A stretch of 64,000 nucleotides of DNA, taken from an uncultured Methanosarcinales archaeon (GTDB lineage: Archaea; Nanobdellota; Nanobdellia; Woesearchaeales; JASKKU01). The stretch is from contig CAYQFL010000002.1 of NCBI GenBank assembly GCA_964416905.1, forward strand, positions 12,450 to 76,449. Direction: 5' to 3'. This document shows, piece after piece, positions 1 through 9,539 of this stretch (positions within the stretch are counted from its first letter, which is position 1; every line of letters begins with the position of its first letter). Made by a program: the position numbers and the translations under genes. The notes beneath the pieces are model-generated. The model was not told where the DNA came from. It did no database searches and saw nothing but the letters and a program-made list of their open reading frames with translations.

Positions 1-955
1 TCGTGAAGAAAATGTTCCTTTGAATTATGTTTATGTCAACTGCAAACTTGGTCGAGCTGACACTGAATATAGATTGATTGCTTATTTATGTAGAGAACTG
101 GGTGTTGATTTACCTTCAACAGGTTTGCCAACTGATGAAGTTTATAACATATTCTACAAAACTGTTGATGAGAAAAAACAGCTATTAATTATCATTTTGG
201 ATGAGATTGATCAATTGATTTTTAAGATGGGGGATGATGTGCTATACACACTTACTAGAATTAACTCTTACTTATCTCAATCTAAAATTTCATTGATAGG
301 TATTTCAAATTATGTTAAACTCTTAGAGCAAGTAGACCCAAGGGTTAAATCCTCTTTAGGAGAAGAGAGCGTTGTTTTTCCTCCATATGATGCAAATCAA
401 ATAAAAGATATCCTTGAAGACAGGGCTAAAAAAGCATTTAGGATTGATGCCATAGAACAGGGAGTTCTAGAGAAATGTGCAGCTATTGCTGCTAGAGATC
501 ATGGCGATGCGAGAAGAGCAATAGATCTGTTGAGGGTAGCAGGCGAGCTTGCTGATAGAGAAGGCTCACAAAAGATAACCTTAAAGCATTTAGATGCCGC
601 ACAGGAGAAATTGGAAAAAGATCGAGTCTTAGACCTTGTATCTTCTCAGCCTAAACAACATCAATGCGTTTTGTTAAGCCTCATTCTTTTAGATAATACA
701 AAGAACAAAGATGAAACTATTACAACAGGTTTGGTCTATGAGAAATATATTCAGGTATGCAAATCTTTAGATTTAAGACCGCTAACTCAAAGAAGAGTTT
801 CAGACATTCTGTCAGAATTTGATACCATTGGTTTAATACAAAGTATCGTTAAATCCAGAGGGAGATTGGGTAGAACCAGGGATATTAACATAGCTTTCGA
901 TTTATCTTTAAGACCGAGAGTTGTTGCATTGCTTAAAGAATCCTTAGGTTATTGA
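1..955 (+). CDS. cdc6: Orc1/Cdc6 replication initiator (AAA+), 5'-truncated at window edge
   Basis: Frame is open from base 2 (REENVPLNYVYVNC...), so the gene starts upstream of the window. Walker B LLIIILDEID, sensor region, C-terminal winged helix. ORF track 20..955. Confidence 0.9.
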   Translation, partial: REENVPLNYVYVNCKLGRADTEYRLIAYLCRELGVDLPSTGLPTDEVYNIFYKTVDEKKQLLIIILDEIDQLIFKMGDDVLYTLTRINSYLSQSKISLIGISNYVKLLEQVDPRVKSSLGEESVVFPPYDANQIKDILEDRAKKAFRIDAIEQGVLEKCAAIAARDHGDARRAIDLLRVAGELADREGSQKITLKHLDAAQEKLEKDRVLDLVSSQPKQHQCVLLSLILLDNTKNKDETITTGLVYEKYIQVCKSLDLRPLTQRRVSDILSEFDTIGLIQSIVKSRGRLGRTRDINIAFDLSLRPRVVALLKESLGY

Positions 956-1060
956 TTTCACACATTTAGTACTTGGCAAACATCTTTTCCAAGATATATT
1001 TTCTAAAACAATTCTCGCTAAAAGTAAATCTTTTTTAATTATTGCTCTTTTACTCTTATT

Positions 1061-3100
1061 ATGGCTGATTTTTCTGAAGAAAATGTCGATTCTTTAATAG
1101 ACCCTCATAAAGATAATGATGGTTTTATTAACTTGAGTCAGTCTAATCAAGAGGATCTTGAATCAAGCATAAAGAATCTTGAAGAGTTGGAAAGTTCATC
1201 CAATTCTGATGATTTGCAAAACGATGGTGAAGATCTTTATATTGACGCTAAGGAATTGAGTGCAAAACAATTAAAAGATATAATTTCTTCAGCTATTGAC
1301 AAAGGCCTTTTCTTATCTCCAGAAGTTCTCGATGTTATAAGTGAAAGCGATTTTGATTATGAAAGCTTTATTGAGAGTTTGTCAAAAAATCAAAACTTGT
1401 TGTATGTAGATGAATCTCTTTTAAAAAATCATGATTCTATAGATTTTAATGATTTAAACTGGTTTGATTTTGATAAGGCTGTTGTTGAAAAAGAGGTTAA
1501 CAACAATCCAAAAATGTATGATTCTTTCTTGGAGTTTCTTGATAAAAACAAAAGATTTTTCCCTGAAAAAAATAATCATGGTGAACACAGACCTTTTTTT
1601 GATGAACATAGTGATTTACATATAACTCTTATAGATAATCTGAACACGTCAGCAGTTGAGTCTTTACAGTATAATTCAAATGTCTCAAACATAACCCAAG
1701 AATCAAACTTGAATAATACCTCTGAAAAACAGTCTGGACGTAATAGCGCTGTTACTAATAGTGGTTCTTTATCCGATTCTAAAAATGCTGATACTAAAAA
1801 AAAGAACGAATTACTAACATCGGGCGTTTTTAATCATGAGTTTGAAGGTTTGCCTTCAAATGTAGAAGTAGTTTCATCATACACCGCTTTAGATAAAAAA
1901 TTGGATGTTAAGAATTTTGTGAACTATTATGGAAATAGACTTAAGAGCTTTGTAAGGATATTATCTTCAAGGCCAGAGCTTGAAGGTTTAAGGTCAATAA
2001 GTAAACTTAAAGGAGATGGTGAAGTTTCTATCATAGGTTTAATATCTAATATAGTTGATACAAAAAATGCAATTTTTCTTGATGTTGAAGACAATACCGG
2101 TGTTGTAAGAGTTATAGTTACTAAAGATAACAGGGAGCTTTTAGAAATTGCTAACGAGTTAGTCTTAGATCAGGCAGTAGGCGTTAGAGGGTTTTTAAAA
2201 AACAAAGTAATTTACGCCAAGAGTATTATCGAAGCAGGTGTTCCAAACAGTATTCCAATTAAGAAAGCTAAAGAAGATGTTAATTTAGCCATTATTAGTG
2301 ATTTACATGTTGGTTCAAGGTTGTTTTTAGAGAAGGAATTCTTGAATTTTATCTCATGGATAAATGGCAAATATGGTAGTGATAAACAGAAAGAAATGGG
2401 TTTAAGGACAAAGTATTTGATAATCGCCGGTGATTTAGTTGACGGTGTTGGAGTTTATCCGGGACAAAAAGATGAACTAAAGATTACTAGCATTAAAAAA
2501 CAATATGATTACGCAGCTTATCTTTTATCTAAAATAAGAAAGGATGTAACCATTATAATCGCTCCAGGCAATCACGATGCTGTTAGGCTTGCAGAACCTC
2601 AGCCGCCTTTAGATAAAGATTTTGCCAAGTCTCTTTATGAATTAGAAAATGTAATTCATGTAAGTAACCCAGCAACTCTTAGAATCCACAAGGTTAACAA
2701 TTTTCCTGGCTTTAAAGTTTTGATTTATCATGGTTATTCTTTTGATTATTACATCAGAAACATTGATTATCTTAGAGTTAATGGTGGTTTTGATAGGTTT
2801 GATTTGGTTATGAAGTTTCTATTAAATAAAAGACATTTATCTCCATCACATGGCGCAACATTATTTGTACCAGATCCTGAAAAAGACCCTTTAATTATAG
2901 AAGAAGTCCCCGACATATTTGTTGTAGGTCACAATCATCGACCAAATGTTGGCGTATACAACAACATAGTTTTAGTTTCAGGCGGAACCTGGCAATTGAA
3001 AACGCCGTTCCAGGAGAAGATAGGTCATGATCCTTTACCAGGAAGAGTTCCTGTTTTTAATTTGAAAAGCAGAAAAATAAATCTGTTAAGATTTGTCTAA
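1061..3100 (+). CDS. polB: DNA polymerase II (PolD) small subunit DP1. Acidic low-complexity N-terminus, OB fold, calcineurin-like phosphoesterase domain.
   Basis: Motifs IISDLHVGS, IIAGDLVDG, APGNHD, VVGHNH typical of the DP1 phosphodiesterase domain. Lies immediately upstream of DP2. Confidence 0.9.
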   Translation: MADFSEENVDSLIDPHKDNDGFINLSQSNQEDLESSIKNLEELESSSNSDDLQNDGEDLYIDAKELSAKQLKDIISSAIDKGLFLSPEVLDVISESDFDYESFIESLSKNQNLLYVDESLLKNHDSIDFNDLNWFDFDKAVVEKEVNNNPKMYDSFLEFLDKNKRFFPEKNNHGEHRPFFDEHSDLHITLIDNLNTSAVESLQYNSNVSNITQESNLNNTSEKQSGRNSAVTNSGSLSDSKNADTKKKNELLTSGVFNHEFEGLPSNVEVVSSYTALDKKLDVKNFVNYYGNRLKSFVRILSSRPELEGLRSISKLKGDGEVSIIGLISNIVDTKNAIFLDVEDNTGVVRVIVTKDNRELLEIANELVLDQAVGVRGFLKNKVIYAKSIIEAGVPNSIPIKKAKEDVNLAIISDLHVGSRLFLEKEFLNFISWINGKYGSDKQKEMGLRTKYLIIAGDLVDGVGVYPGQKDELKITSIKKQYDYAAYLLSKIRKDVTIIIAPGNHDAVRLAEPQPPLDKDFAKSLYELENVIHVSNPATLRIHKVNNFPGFKVLIYHGYSFDYYIRNIDYLRVNGGFDRFDLVMKFLLNKRHLSPSHGATLFVPDPEKDPLIIEEVPDIFVVGHNHRPNVGVYNNIVLVSGGTWQLKTPFQEKIGHDPLPGRVPVFNLKSRKINLLRFV

Positions 3101-3117
3101 GTTATAGGTATTAAAAA

Positions 3118-6100
3118 ATGGCTTTTGCATCAGAACGAGTAAAAAAGTATTTTGATAGTCTTGTTTCACAAACTAATTTTGCGTATGAGTTAGCTAATAA
3201 AGCCCGTAAGAAGGGTTTGGACCCTGTCAGAGAAGTTGAGATCAAGTTAGCTAAAAATATGGCTGAAAGAGTTTTTGGTTTGATTTCTGTGGTTGCACCA
3301 CATTTAGACGAAGAGAAGATTATCAAAAGAATACAAGAACTTGAGAAAAAATATGAACCTCTTGATTGGAGAGTGGCTTTAACAATTGGTTTAGAGGTTG
3401 CTCAACAGAAGTTTGGCAAGTTTGAAACAGAACGAGAAGCAATCGAAGTTGGTATCAGAACAGGATTCACTTATCAAACCGTTGGTATAGTTGCAGCTCC
3501 TTTAGAAGGTTTTACAGAACTAGAGTTTAAGAAGAGACGAGATGGTAAAGAATATTTTTCAGTTAAATTCTCTGGACCTATTAGAGGCGCAGGCGGTACT
3601 GGTGCCGCATTCTGTGTTTTGTTAAGTGATTATATTAGAAAACAGATGGGTTTTGCACCTTACGACCCTTCAGACACAGAAGTTAAAAGATATATCCAAG
3701 AAATTTATGATTATGCAGAGAGGGTCACTGTACCTCAATACCTGCCTGCTAGAGAAGAAATAGATTTTTTAGTAAGACACATCCCTGTAGAGGTCTCAGG
3801 AGATCCTACCGAGAATCTTGAAGTCAGTAACTACAAAGATTTAGACAGGATTGAAACTAATAGAATTAGAGGTGGCATGGTTTTGGTTATGGCCATGATT
3901 GCATTGAAAGCGCCAAAGTTGTGGAAAAGAGTTGCGAAATGGGGTAAGGATTTTGATTTGGATTGGTTCTGGCTTAAAGATTTTTTAGATTTGCATGACG
4001 AGATTAAATCTAAAGCACAGAAAAAAACAAGCGGTGATAAAGACAAAGATTCTAATGAGAAGCTTAAACCAAATTACATATTCATTTCTGAATTAGTTGC
4101 AGGCAGGCCAGTCTTTTCTTATCCCTTGAGAGACGGAGGTTTTAGAGTAAGATATGGGCGAGCTCGTAACACTGGTTTTTCATCTGCTGGCTTGCATCCA
4201 GCTACAATGGCTGTAGTTTCAGATTTTATCGCTACAGGAACTCAGTTAAAGCCAGAGCTTCCAGGTAAAGGTGCAGGAGTCAACGCTTGTGATTCCATAG
4301 AACCGCCAATTGTTTTGTTGGAAAATGGTTCTGTTAAGAAACTTAAAACACGAGAAGAAGCTAAAAAACTTTATCCTCAAGTTAAAGAAATTTTATTCTT
4401 AGGAGATATTTTGTATAATTATGGAGATTTTAGTGAGAACAACTATCATCTTGTACCTGCAGGTTATTGTCCTGAATGGTGGTTTGCAGAGTTAGAAAAA
4501 GCGATAAATGATTTGGGTAAAGATTTAAAAGAAACTTTGAACGGATTTTTTTCTCAAGAAACGCTGAAAAATATGGATTTTCCTCCATTATTTGTACCAA
4601 GTTTTGAAGAAAGTATTAAAGCATCTAAAGAGTTTGACATACCTTTACACCCAGAATACATCTTTTATTGGAATCAAATAAAACCTTCCGATATTATACT
4701 GATACTTAACGCATTGCTTGAAAGAAGTAAATTAACTAAAGAACCTAGTTTTAAAATCGTGATTAAGGCAGATAAAAAAAATACTCGAGTTAAGAGATGC
4801 CTTGAGCTTATCGGGTTAGAGCACGATTTTGTAAATCAAGAACACATTGTTATTAAAGGTAACATTGCTAAATCATTGTTGATTAATTTAGGCATAGATT
4901 CTGAAGACTATTTTGGTTCAATACAAAATCAAATTGAGAAGATATCATCTCTATCTTTGTCAGAGTTTAAAACCACTGTTGATTTGTTGAATAAGCTTTC
5001 CAACTATGTCATTAGAGACAAGTGCGGTGTGTTTATTGGCGCAAGAATGGGTAGGCCTGAGAAAGCAAAAATGAGAGTTATGACAGGAAGCCCACAGATG
5101 CTATTTCCTGTTAGTGATCAGGGTGACAGGTTAAGATCCTTTAATGCGGCTATTGAGAAGGGTTATGTGCAAGCAGATTTTGCTTATTTTAAATGTCCTT
5201 CTTGCGGAAACGAAACAGTGTTACCTTTATGCGAGAAATGCGGAACGCCTTGCGAACAGATGTATTATTGTCCTTCTTGTAAAACCTGGATGAAAGATAA
5301 AGTATGCAAGGTTCATGGTACACCAAACAAAGAATATATCAATAAGAAGGTTGAACTTCGCGAGTTAGTTGCAAATGTTAGGAAACAGTTTAGTATTAGA
5401 CATATGCCTCCGTTGATTAAAGGGGTGAGAGGTACTGTTAATAGAGACCATGTCCCAGAACACTTTGTAAAGGGTATTCTTAGAGCAAAACACAATATCT
5501 ATGTTAACAAAGACGGAACTATTAGATTTGATATGACTGAATTACCTATAACTCACTTTAAGCCAAAAGAGATTCATACTAGTGTTGAGAAACTTAAAGA
5601 ACTTGGTTACGAAAAGGACATTTATGATAAACCTCTAGAGAATGAAGATCAGGTTTTGGAGATTTTCCCTCAAGACATCATCTTACCTTTGAGCTCAGGA
5701 TTTACTGAAGGGGCTGATGAAGTTTTCATAAGAGTTGCTAATTTTATAGATGATTTGCTTGAAGAAGTTTATGGACTACCAAGGTATTATAACGTGAAAA
5801 AGAGAGATGACCTTATAGGTAAACTTGTCATAGGTTTAGCACCTCACATCTCGGCAGGTATGGTCGGCAGGATTATAGGTTTCTCGGACATCCAAGCCTT
5901 GATTGCTTCTCCATTGTTCCATGCAGCTTTGAGGAGAGATTGTGATGGCGATGAGGGTTGTATTTTATTGCAGATGGACGCTTTCTTAAATTTCTCTAAA
6001 AGATTTTTGCCTGATAGGCGAGGTTCCAGGACCATGGATGCACCTCTTGTATTGACTACTATTCTAAATCCATCTGAAGTGGATGACATGGTGTTAGGCT

Positions 6101-6699
6101 TAGATGTTGCCAGGAGGTATCCTTTAGAATTCTATGAAGCAACTTTACAGTACAAGATGCCTTACGAAGTTAAAGTAGAACAAGTTAAAGACCGTATTGG
6201 CACAGAAAATCAATACGAGAACTTTTGGTTTACTCACCCGGTTTCAAATATAAATTATACAAACATAGCTTCTGCATACAAAACTCTTGAGACCATGATG
6301 GATAAGTTGGATAAGGAAATGGAAATCGCTGATAAAATAAGGGCTGTGAACGCTTCAGATGTAGCGAGCCTTATTATCGAGAAACATTTCATGAAAGATC
6401 TGAAAGGTAACTTGAGAAAATTCTCTATGCAGGTCTTCAGATGCGTTAATTGTAACGAGAAATTCAGAAGAGTTCCGTTGTCAGGAAAATGTCCAAAATG
6501 TGGAGGCAAGGTTATTTTCACCATATCCGAAGGTTCTGTTATAAAATACCTTGAGCCGTCTTTAAAACTTGCGGAGAAGCACGGCGTTGATCCTTATATT
6601 AAAGATTCTTTAGATATCGTCAAAACAAGAATATACTCTTTATTCGGAAAGGAGAAAGATAAACAGCAAGGGCTTTCAACTTTTTTCAAGCAGAATTAA
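3118..6699 (+). CDS. polC: DNA polymerase II (PolD) large subunit DP2
   Basis: 1193 aa. Cys clusters CPSCGNE..CEKCG..CPSCKTW and CVNCNEKF..CPKCGG. Central catalytic-region conservation. C-terminal PIP-like box QQGLSTFF. No intein-sized insertion. Confidence 0.9.
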   Translation: MAFASERVKKYFDSLVSQTNFAYELANKARKKGLDPVREVEIKLAKNMAERVFGLISVVAPHLDEEKIIKRIQELEKKYEPLDWRVALTIGLEVAQQKFGKFETEREAIEVGIRTGFTYQTVGIVAAPLEGFTELEFKKRRDGKEYFSVKFSGPIRGAGGTGAAFCVLLSDYIRKQMGFAPYDPSDTEVKRYIQEIYDYAERVTVPQYLPAREEIDFLVRHIPVEVSGDPTENLEVSNYKDLDRIETNRIRGGMVLVMAMIALKAPKLWKRVAKWGKDFDLDWFWLKDFLDLHDEIKSKAQKKTSGDKDKDSNEKLKPNYIFISELVAGRPVFSYPLRDGGFRVRYGRARNTGFSSAGLHPATMAVVSDFIATGTQLKPELPGKGAGVNACDSIEPPIVLLENGSVKKLKTREEAKKLYPQVKEILFLGDILYNYGDFSENNYHLVPAGYCPEWWFAELEKAINDLGKDLKETLNGFFSQETLKNMDFPPLFVPSFEESIKASKEFDIPLHPEYIFYWNQIKPSDIILILNALLERSKLTKEPSFKIVIKADKKNTRVKRCLELIGLEHDFVNQEHIVIKGNIAKSLLINLGIDSEDYFGSIQNQIEKISSLSLSEFKTTVDLLNKLSNYVIRDKCGVFIGARMGRPEKAKMRVMTGSPQMLFPVSDQGDRLRSFNAAIEKGYVQADFAYFKCPSCGNETVLPLCEKCGTPCEQMYYCPSCKTWMKDKVCKVHGTPNKEYINKKVELRELVANVRKQFSIRHMPPLIKGVRGTVNRDHVPEHFVKGILRAKHNIYVNKDGTIRFDMTELPITHFKPKEIHTSVEKLKELGYEKDIYDKPLENEDQVLEIFPQDIILPLSSGFTEGADEVFIRVANFIDDLLEEVYGLPRYYNVKKRDDLIGKLVIGLAPHISAGMVGRIIGFSDIQALIASPLFHAALRRDCDGDEGCILLQMDAFLNFSKRFLPDRRGSRTMDAPLVLTTILNPSEVDDMVLGLDVARRYPLEFYEATLQYKMPYEVKVEQVKDRIGTENQYENFWFTHPVSNINYTNIASAYKTLETMMDKLDKEMEIADKIRAVNASDVASLIIEKHFMKDLKGNLRKFSMQVFRCVNCNEKFRRVPLSGKCPKCGGKVIFTISEGSVIKYLEPSLKLAEKHGVDPYIKDSLDIVKTRIYSLFGKEKDKQQGLSTFFKQN

Positions 6700-6989
6700 C
6701 GCATTTTCAGGAAAAAACCATATTCTATACCAGCGATGGTATTAGTATCTTCCAAGAGCCCTAAAGTTCTACCAAGAACAACACTGCGTTTACCTATAAA
6801 ATTAACCAAATAAACCTCTTTTTCTTCTAATATTTTCTTAATCTCTGCTTCGCTCTTTTTTTCTCCATCGAAATATTTTGAGCTTAGATCTATGACTAAC
6901 TCGCCTTCATTGAATATATTGCCTATGAGCTCATCGTCAACAATTGTTATAATCTTTCTATCTTTGTCCTCTTTAATCTCCACTATCAT
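6696..6989 (-). CDS. small conserved archaeal protein, DUF424-like
   Basis: 97 aa. Pattern VDDELIGNIFNEGEL..YFDGEK...IAGIEYGF resembles the DUF424 family. Family assignment is from memory only. Confidence 0.35.
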   Translation of the reverse strand: MIVEIKEDKDRKIITIVDDELIGNIFNEGELVIDLSSKYFDGEKKSEAEIKKILEEKEVYLVNFIGKRSVVLGRTLGLLEDTNTIAGIEYGFFLKMR

Positions 6990-6997
6990 TTTTAAAC

Positions 6998-7402
6998 TTA
7001 AATGCCTTTTACAGGCCTTTTAGCACCACAAGCCTGGCACACCATAAACCAGAAACCTTTTTCTTTAACCAACTCAGTGTCAGGCCTTTTACAATCAGGG
7101 CATATGACATAAGAATTGATGTATTGCTCAATTTTTTGGTTAATTCTACCCGGAGCAATCCTGGTGCCTAAAACTAAAGCTTTTCCTTTAATTTCTCCTG
7201 GAGTGGCTAACTCTTTCTGTAAGAACTTAAGAAGATGTTGAGGATCCCTCCTCAAATCAGCACATATTTGATTAAAGTTATTGACATAAGTTCTATTTCC
7301 TTGAATTCTTATTTGAGCTTCATGTATTGTAAACCTGGCCTGCTCCTTCAGTTTTTTAGGTATTTTATCGTAAGCTCTTTTTAAAGCATCCTCATAATTC
7401 AT
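6998..7402 (-). CDS. eif2b: translation initiation factor aIF2 beta subunit
   Basis: 134 aa. C-terminal zinc ribbon CPDC..CQAC. Overall similarity to e/aIF2-beta. Confidence 0.85.
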   Translation of the reverse strand: MNYEDALKRAYDKIPKKLKEQARFTIHEAQIRIQGNRTYVNNFNQICADLRRDPQHLLKFLQKELATPGEIKGKALVLGTRIAPGRINQKIEQYINSYVICPDCKRPDTELVKEKGFWFMVCQACGAKRPVKGI

Positions 7403-7406
7403 AATC

Positions 7407-7631
7407 TCACCTTTTTTTCTTAATTGTCTTTTTTATCGCAAATTCTACTTCTTTATTTGTAATGGTTTTTTTACCCGAATTCTTAGCAAGACTTATAGAT
7501 AAATCCACGACTTGCTCGATTTTTTCTTCAAGATATCTCTTAAGCTCGACTAAAGCAAACTCGCTTATTCGCAAGTCGCTTTTTTCCTTGAATTCTTTTT
7601 TTAAACCAAACAAAGATACAAGTTTGCTCAT
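7407..7631 (-). CDS. archaeal histone-fold protein with basic C-terminal tail
   Basis: Can be aligned to HMfB-type histones (RIS..A...L...LEE......S..LA...GKKTI...E.EFAIKK). Ends KKTIKKKR. Confidence 0.65.
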   Translation of the reverse strand: MSKLVSLFGLKKEFKEKSDLRISEFALVELKRYLEEKIEQVVDLSISLAKNSGKKTITNKEVEFAIKKTIKKKR

Positions 7632-7693
7632 ATATTTTCTAAGGTTATAAATAAATTATATAAATATTTCCTGTTTTAAACTATTAAACAACA

Positions 7694-8095
7694 ATGAATC
7701 GTAAGAGAAAAGGTATAAACGCAGAAAGAGAATTATTGCATAAATTTTGGGATGCTGGTTGGGCTTGTGTTAGGATTGCAGGTTCTGGTTCTATAAAATA
7801 TCCTATGCCTGATGTTTTAGTAAGCAACGGCTTTAAAGTAATCGCTATAGAGATCAAGAACATAGACTCCGATTACAAATATTTTCCTAGAAGAGAGATA
7901 AATGAATTAGTAGAGTTTAGTAAGAAATTCGGTGCAATCCCTTTTGTTGCAGTGAAATTCTCAGGCAAGCCATGGCTTTTTTTATCAATCGAAGATTTAA
8001 AAGAAACTAACCATGGTTATGCTATACAGTTTGAGAACGATAAAGCTAAAGGTTTCTCATTTGATGAGTTAATAGAGTTGTTTGATAAGATTTGA
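7694..8095 (+). CDS. hjc: Holliday junction resolvase Hjc
   Basis: KRKGINAERELLHKF..GWACVRIAGSGS...PDVLV....VIAIEIK....FVAVKF matches the Hjc catalytic core (E, PD, E-x-K). Confidence 0.85.
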   Translation: MNRKRKGINAERELLHKFWDAGWACVRIAGSGSIKYPMPDVLVSNGFKVIAIEIKNIDSDYKYFPRREINELVEFSKKFGAIPFVAVKFSGKPWLFLSIEDLKETNHGYAIQFENDKAKGFSFDELIELFDKI

Positions 8096-8100
8096 TTTGT

Positions 8101-8559
8101 TTATTTCTTAAAATCTACACTATACACTTTCGCATTAACAAAGTTGGTTTTGAAATCTTCTTGCAAACTATCTCGAATAGATTTTGGCCTTAAATCAAAC
8201 TCTTTTATTTTGCTTAAATCAACCCAAAGTATCTCTTTTATTTTTCCATTATCATTTATTGGTTTACACACCTGTTTAGTATCTTTAAGTTTTGCAAGGA
8301 AGAAAGGACTTATACTTCTATCATTACCATTTTCTGCATTAATATACTCATTCACATAAACCAACTTTTTGACCTCGATTGAGTAACCAGTTTCTTCAAG
8401 AGTTTCTCTTACAGCGCACTCAGACATTGTTTCAAAACTTTCTAAACCCCCTCCTGGAAACAAATAGAATTCTCCATTACCATAATCGACACGAATTATC
8501 AATACTTTATTCTCGTGAATCACAATTGCACAAGGCCTGACACCATATTTTGTTGACAT
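8101..8559 (-). CDS. NUDIX hydrolase
   Basis: Nudix box GGGLESFETMSECAVRETLEETG. Confidence 0.8.
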   Translation of the reverse strand: MSTKYGVRPCAIVIHENKVLIIRVDYGNGEFYLFPGGGLESFETMSECAVRETLEETGYSIEVKKLVYVNEYINAENGNDRSISPFFLAKLKDTKQVCKPINDNGKIKEILWVDLSKIKEFDLRPKSIRDSLQEDFKTNFVNAKVYSVDFKK

Positions 8560-9524
8560 TTTTCCGTTTCATTTATTTTGTTTTTTAATATTTTTTTATA
8601 AAATTCATAAATTTTTTTGCTTTGAGATTCCCAAGACATTTTTTTTAAGCTTAGAAAACCTTTTTCCGATAACTCTTCTCTCTTTTTTTTATCTAAAAGC
8701 AAATCCTTTATTTTGAGTGCTAGGTCTTCTTCATTTTGTGGTTTAAACAGAATTCCATTTTCACCATCTTTTATGAACTCTCGAATACTACACGAATTTG
8801 CAACAACAACACAACTTTTTGATAAACACGCTTCAAGTACTGTACACATAACACCTTCTTTTGCATATGATGGAAATACGCAAATCTTGGCTCGCGATAA
8901 ATTGTCTTCTAAGATCATATCGCTCACAGAACCAAGAAAACTTATCTCATGTTCTAGCCCCAGCTGTTTCTTTAAATTTTCTAAATGCTTCTTTTCAGGC
9001 CCTGAACCAACTATTACGGTTTTTGTACTTATATTGTATTTTTCTTTTAGTGTATAAACTGCTTTTATAAGTGTATCAACTCCTTTGTTTTTTATGAGTC
9101 TTCCAAAGAACAGTAAATCTACATCCCTGTTTTGTGGAATTGTGCTTTTTGAGAGGTCTATTCCATTTAGAACAATGGCAATATCCTTCTTTAATTTTGA
9201 GACATTATATAATCTATCCCAACCATCTAAAACATATTTTGAAACAGCTAAAAATGCATCAGCATTGTTTAAAGAATTATAGTCTATAATTCTCCTTTTG
9301 GAGGGTACGCCGTGAAGATGTAATATCTTTAAGGAATTCACGTTCTTGAGATTTAACAAATCTGTTGAGTAATGAAAACTTAAGAGGTCATAATCCTCTG
9401 ATTTGTAAACTTTTTGAGCCAACGTAGAAAATATTATTGCTTCTTTATCCCATACATCGGGTGTTGTTGCATTTTTGAATTCTAAAATACCTGCTTTAAA
9501 CCAGAATAATTTATAAATAACCAT
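8520..9524 (-). CDS. glycosyltransferase, GT4 (group 1) family
   Basis: C-terminal GT-B donor-binding region with E-x7-E (KEGVMCTVLEA). Typical length. Confidence 0.7.
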   Translation of the reverse strand: MVIYKLFWFKAGILEFKNATTPDVWDKEAIIFSTLAQKVYKSEDYDLLSFHYSTDLLNLKNVNSLKILHLHGVPSKRRIIDYNSLNNADAFLAVSKYVLDGWDRLYNVSKLKKDIAIVLNGIDLSKSTIPQNRDVDLLFFGRLIKNKGVDTLIKAVYTLKEKYNISTKTVIVGSGPEKKHLENLKKQLGLEHEISFLGSVSDMILEDNLSRAKICVFPSYAKEGVMCTVLEACLSKSCVVVANSCSIREFIKDGENGILFKPQNEEDLALKIKDLLLDKKKREELSEKGFLSLKKMSWESQSKKIYEFYKKILKNKINETEKCQQNMVSGLVQL

Positions 9525-9539
9525 GTTCTAATTTACTCT

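Noticed and set aside
956-1060. cdc6-DP1 spacer examined for ORB/mini-ORB origin repeats
   Set aside because: No repeated 12-13 bp elements or inverted repeats. Too short. The origin, if adjacent, is upstream of cdc6 outside the window.
3111-6524. Multiple 60-90 aa antisense ORFs inside DP2 (3111..3326, 3831..4046, 5313..5495, 5844..6089, 6255..6524)
   Set aside because: Embedded antisense to a strongly conserved long CDS. Low-complexity translations. Typical AT-rich-genome artefacts.
3118-6699. Checked PolD DP2 (and aIF5B, Orc1) for inteins
   Set aside because: Lengths are typical. No Cys/Ser...HN splice-junction blocks or endonuclease-sized insertions visible.
7462-7650. 62-aa plus-strand ORF opposite the histone gene, and similar antisense ORFs at 8144, 8713, 8861, 9085, 10601, 11744, 12240, 14083, 14333, 14676, 16057, 16508, 19228, 19892, 22425, 22812, 24964, 25762, 26333, 29647, 30870, 32408, 33576, 33921, 34179, 35005, 35495, 37389, 38334, 39039, 40159, 40687, 44353, 44639, 45297, 46087, 47794, 49275, 49976, 51526, 51961, 52624, 53789, 54941, 55271, 56779, 58256, 59319, 60009, 62055, 63081
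   Set aside because: All lie antisense or out-of-frame within better-supported genes and lack recognisable domains.
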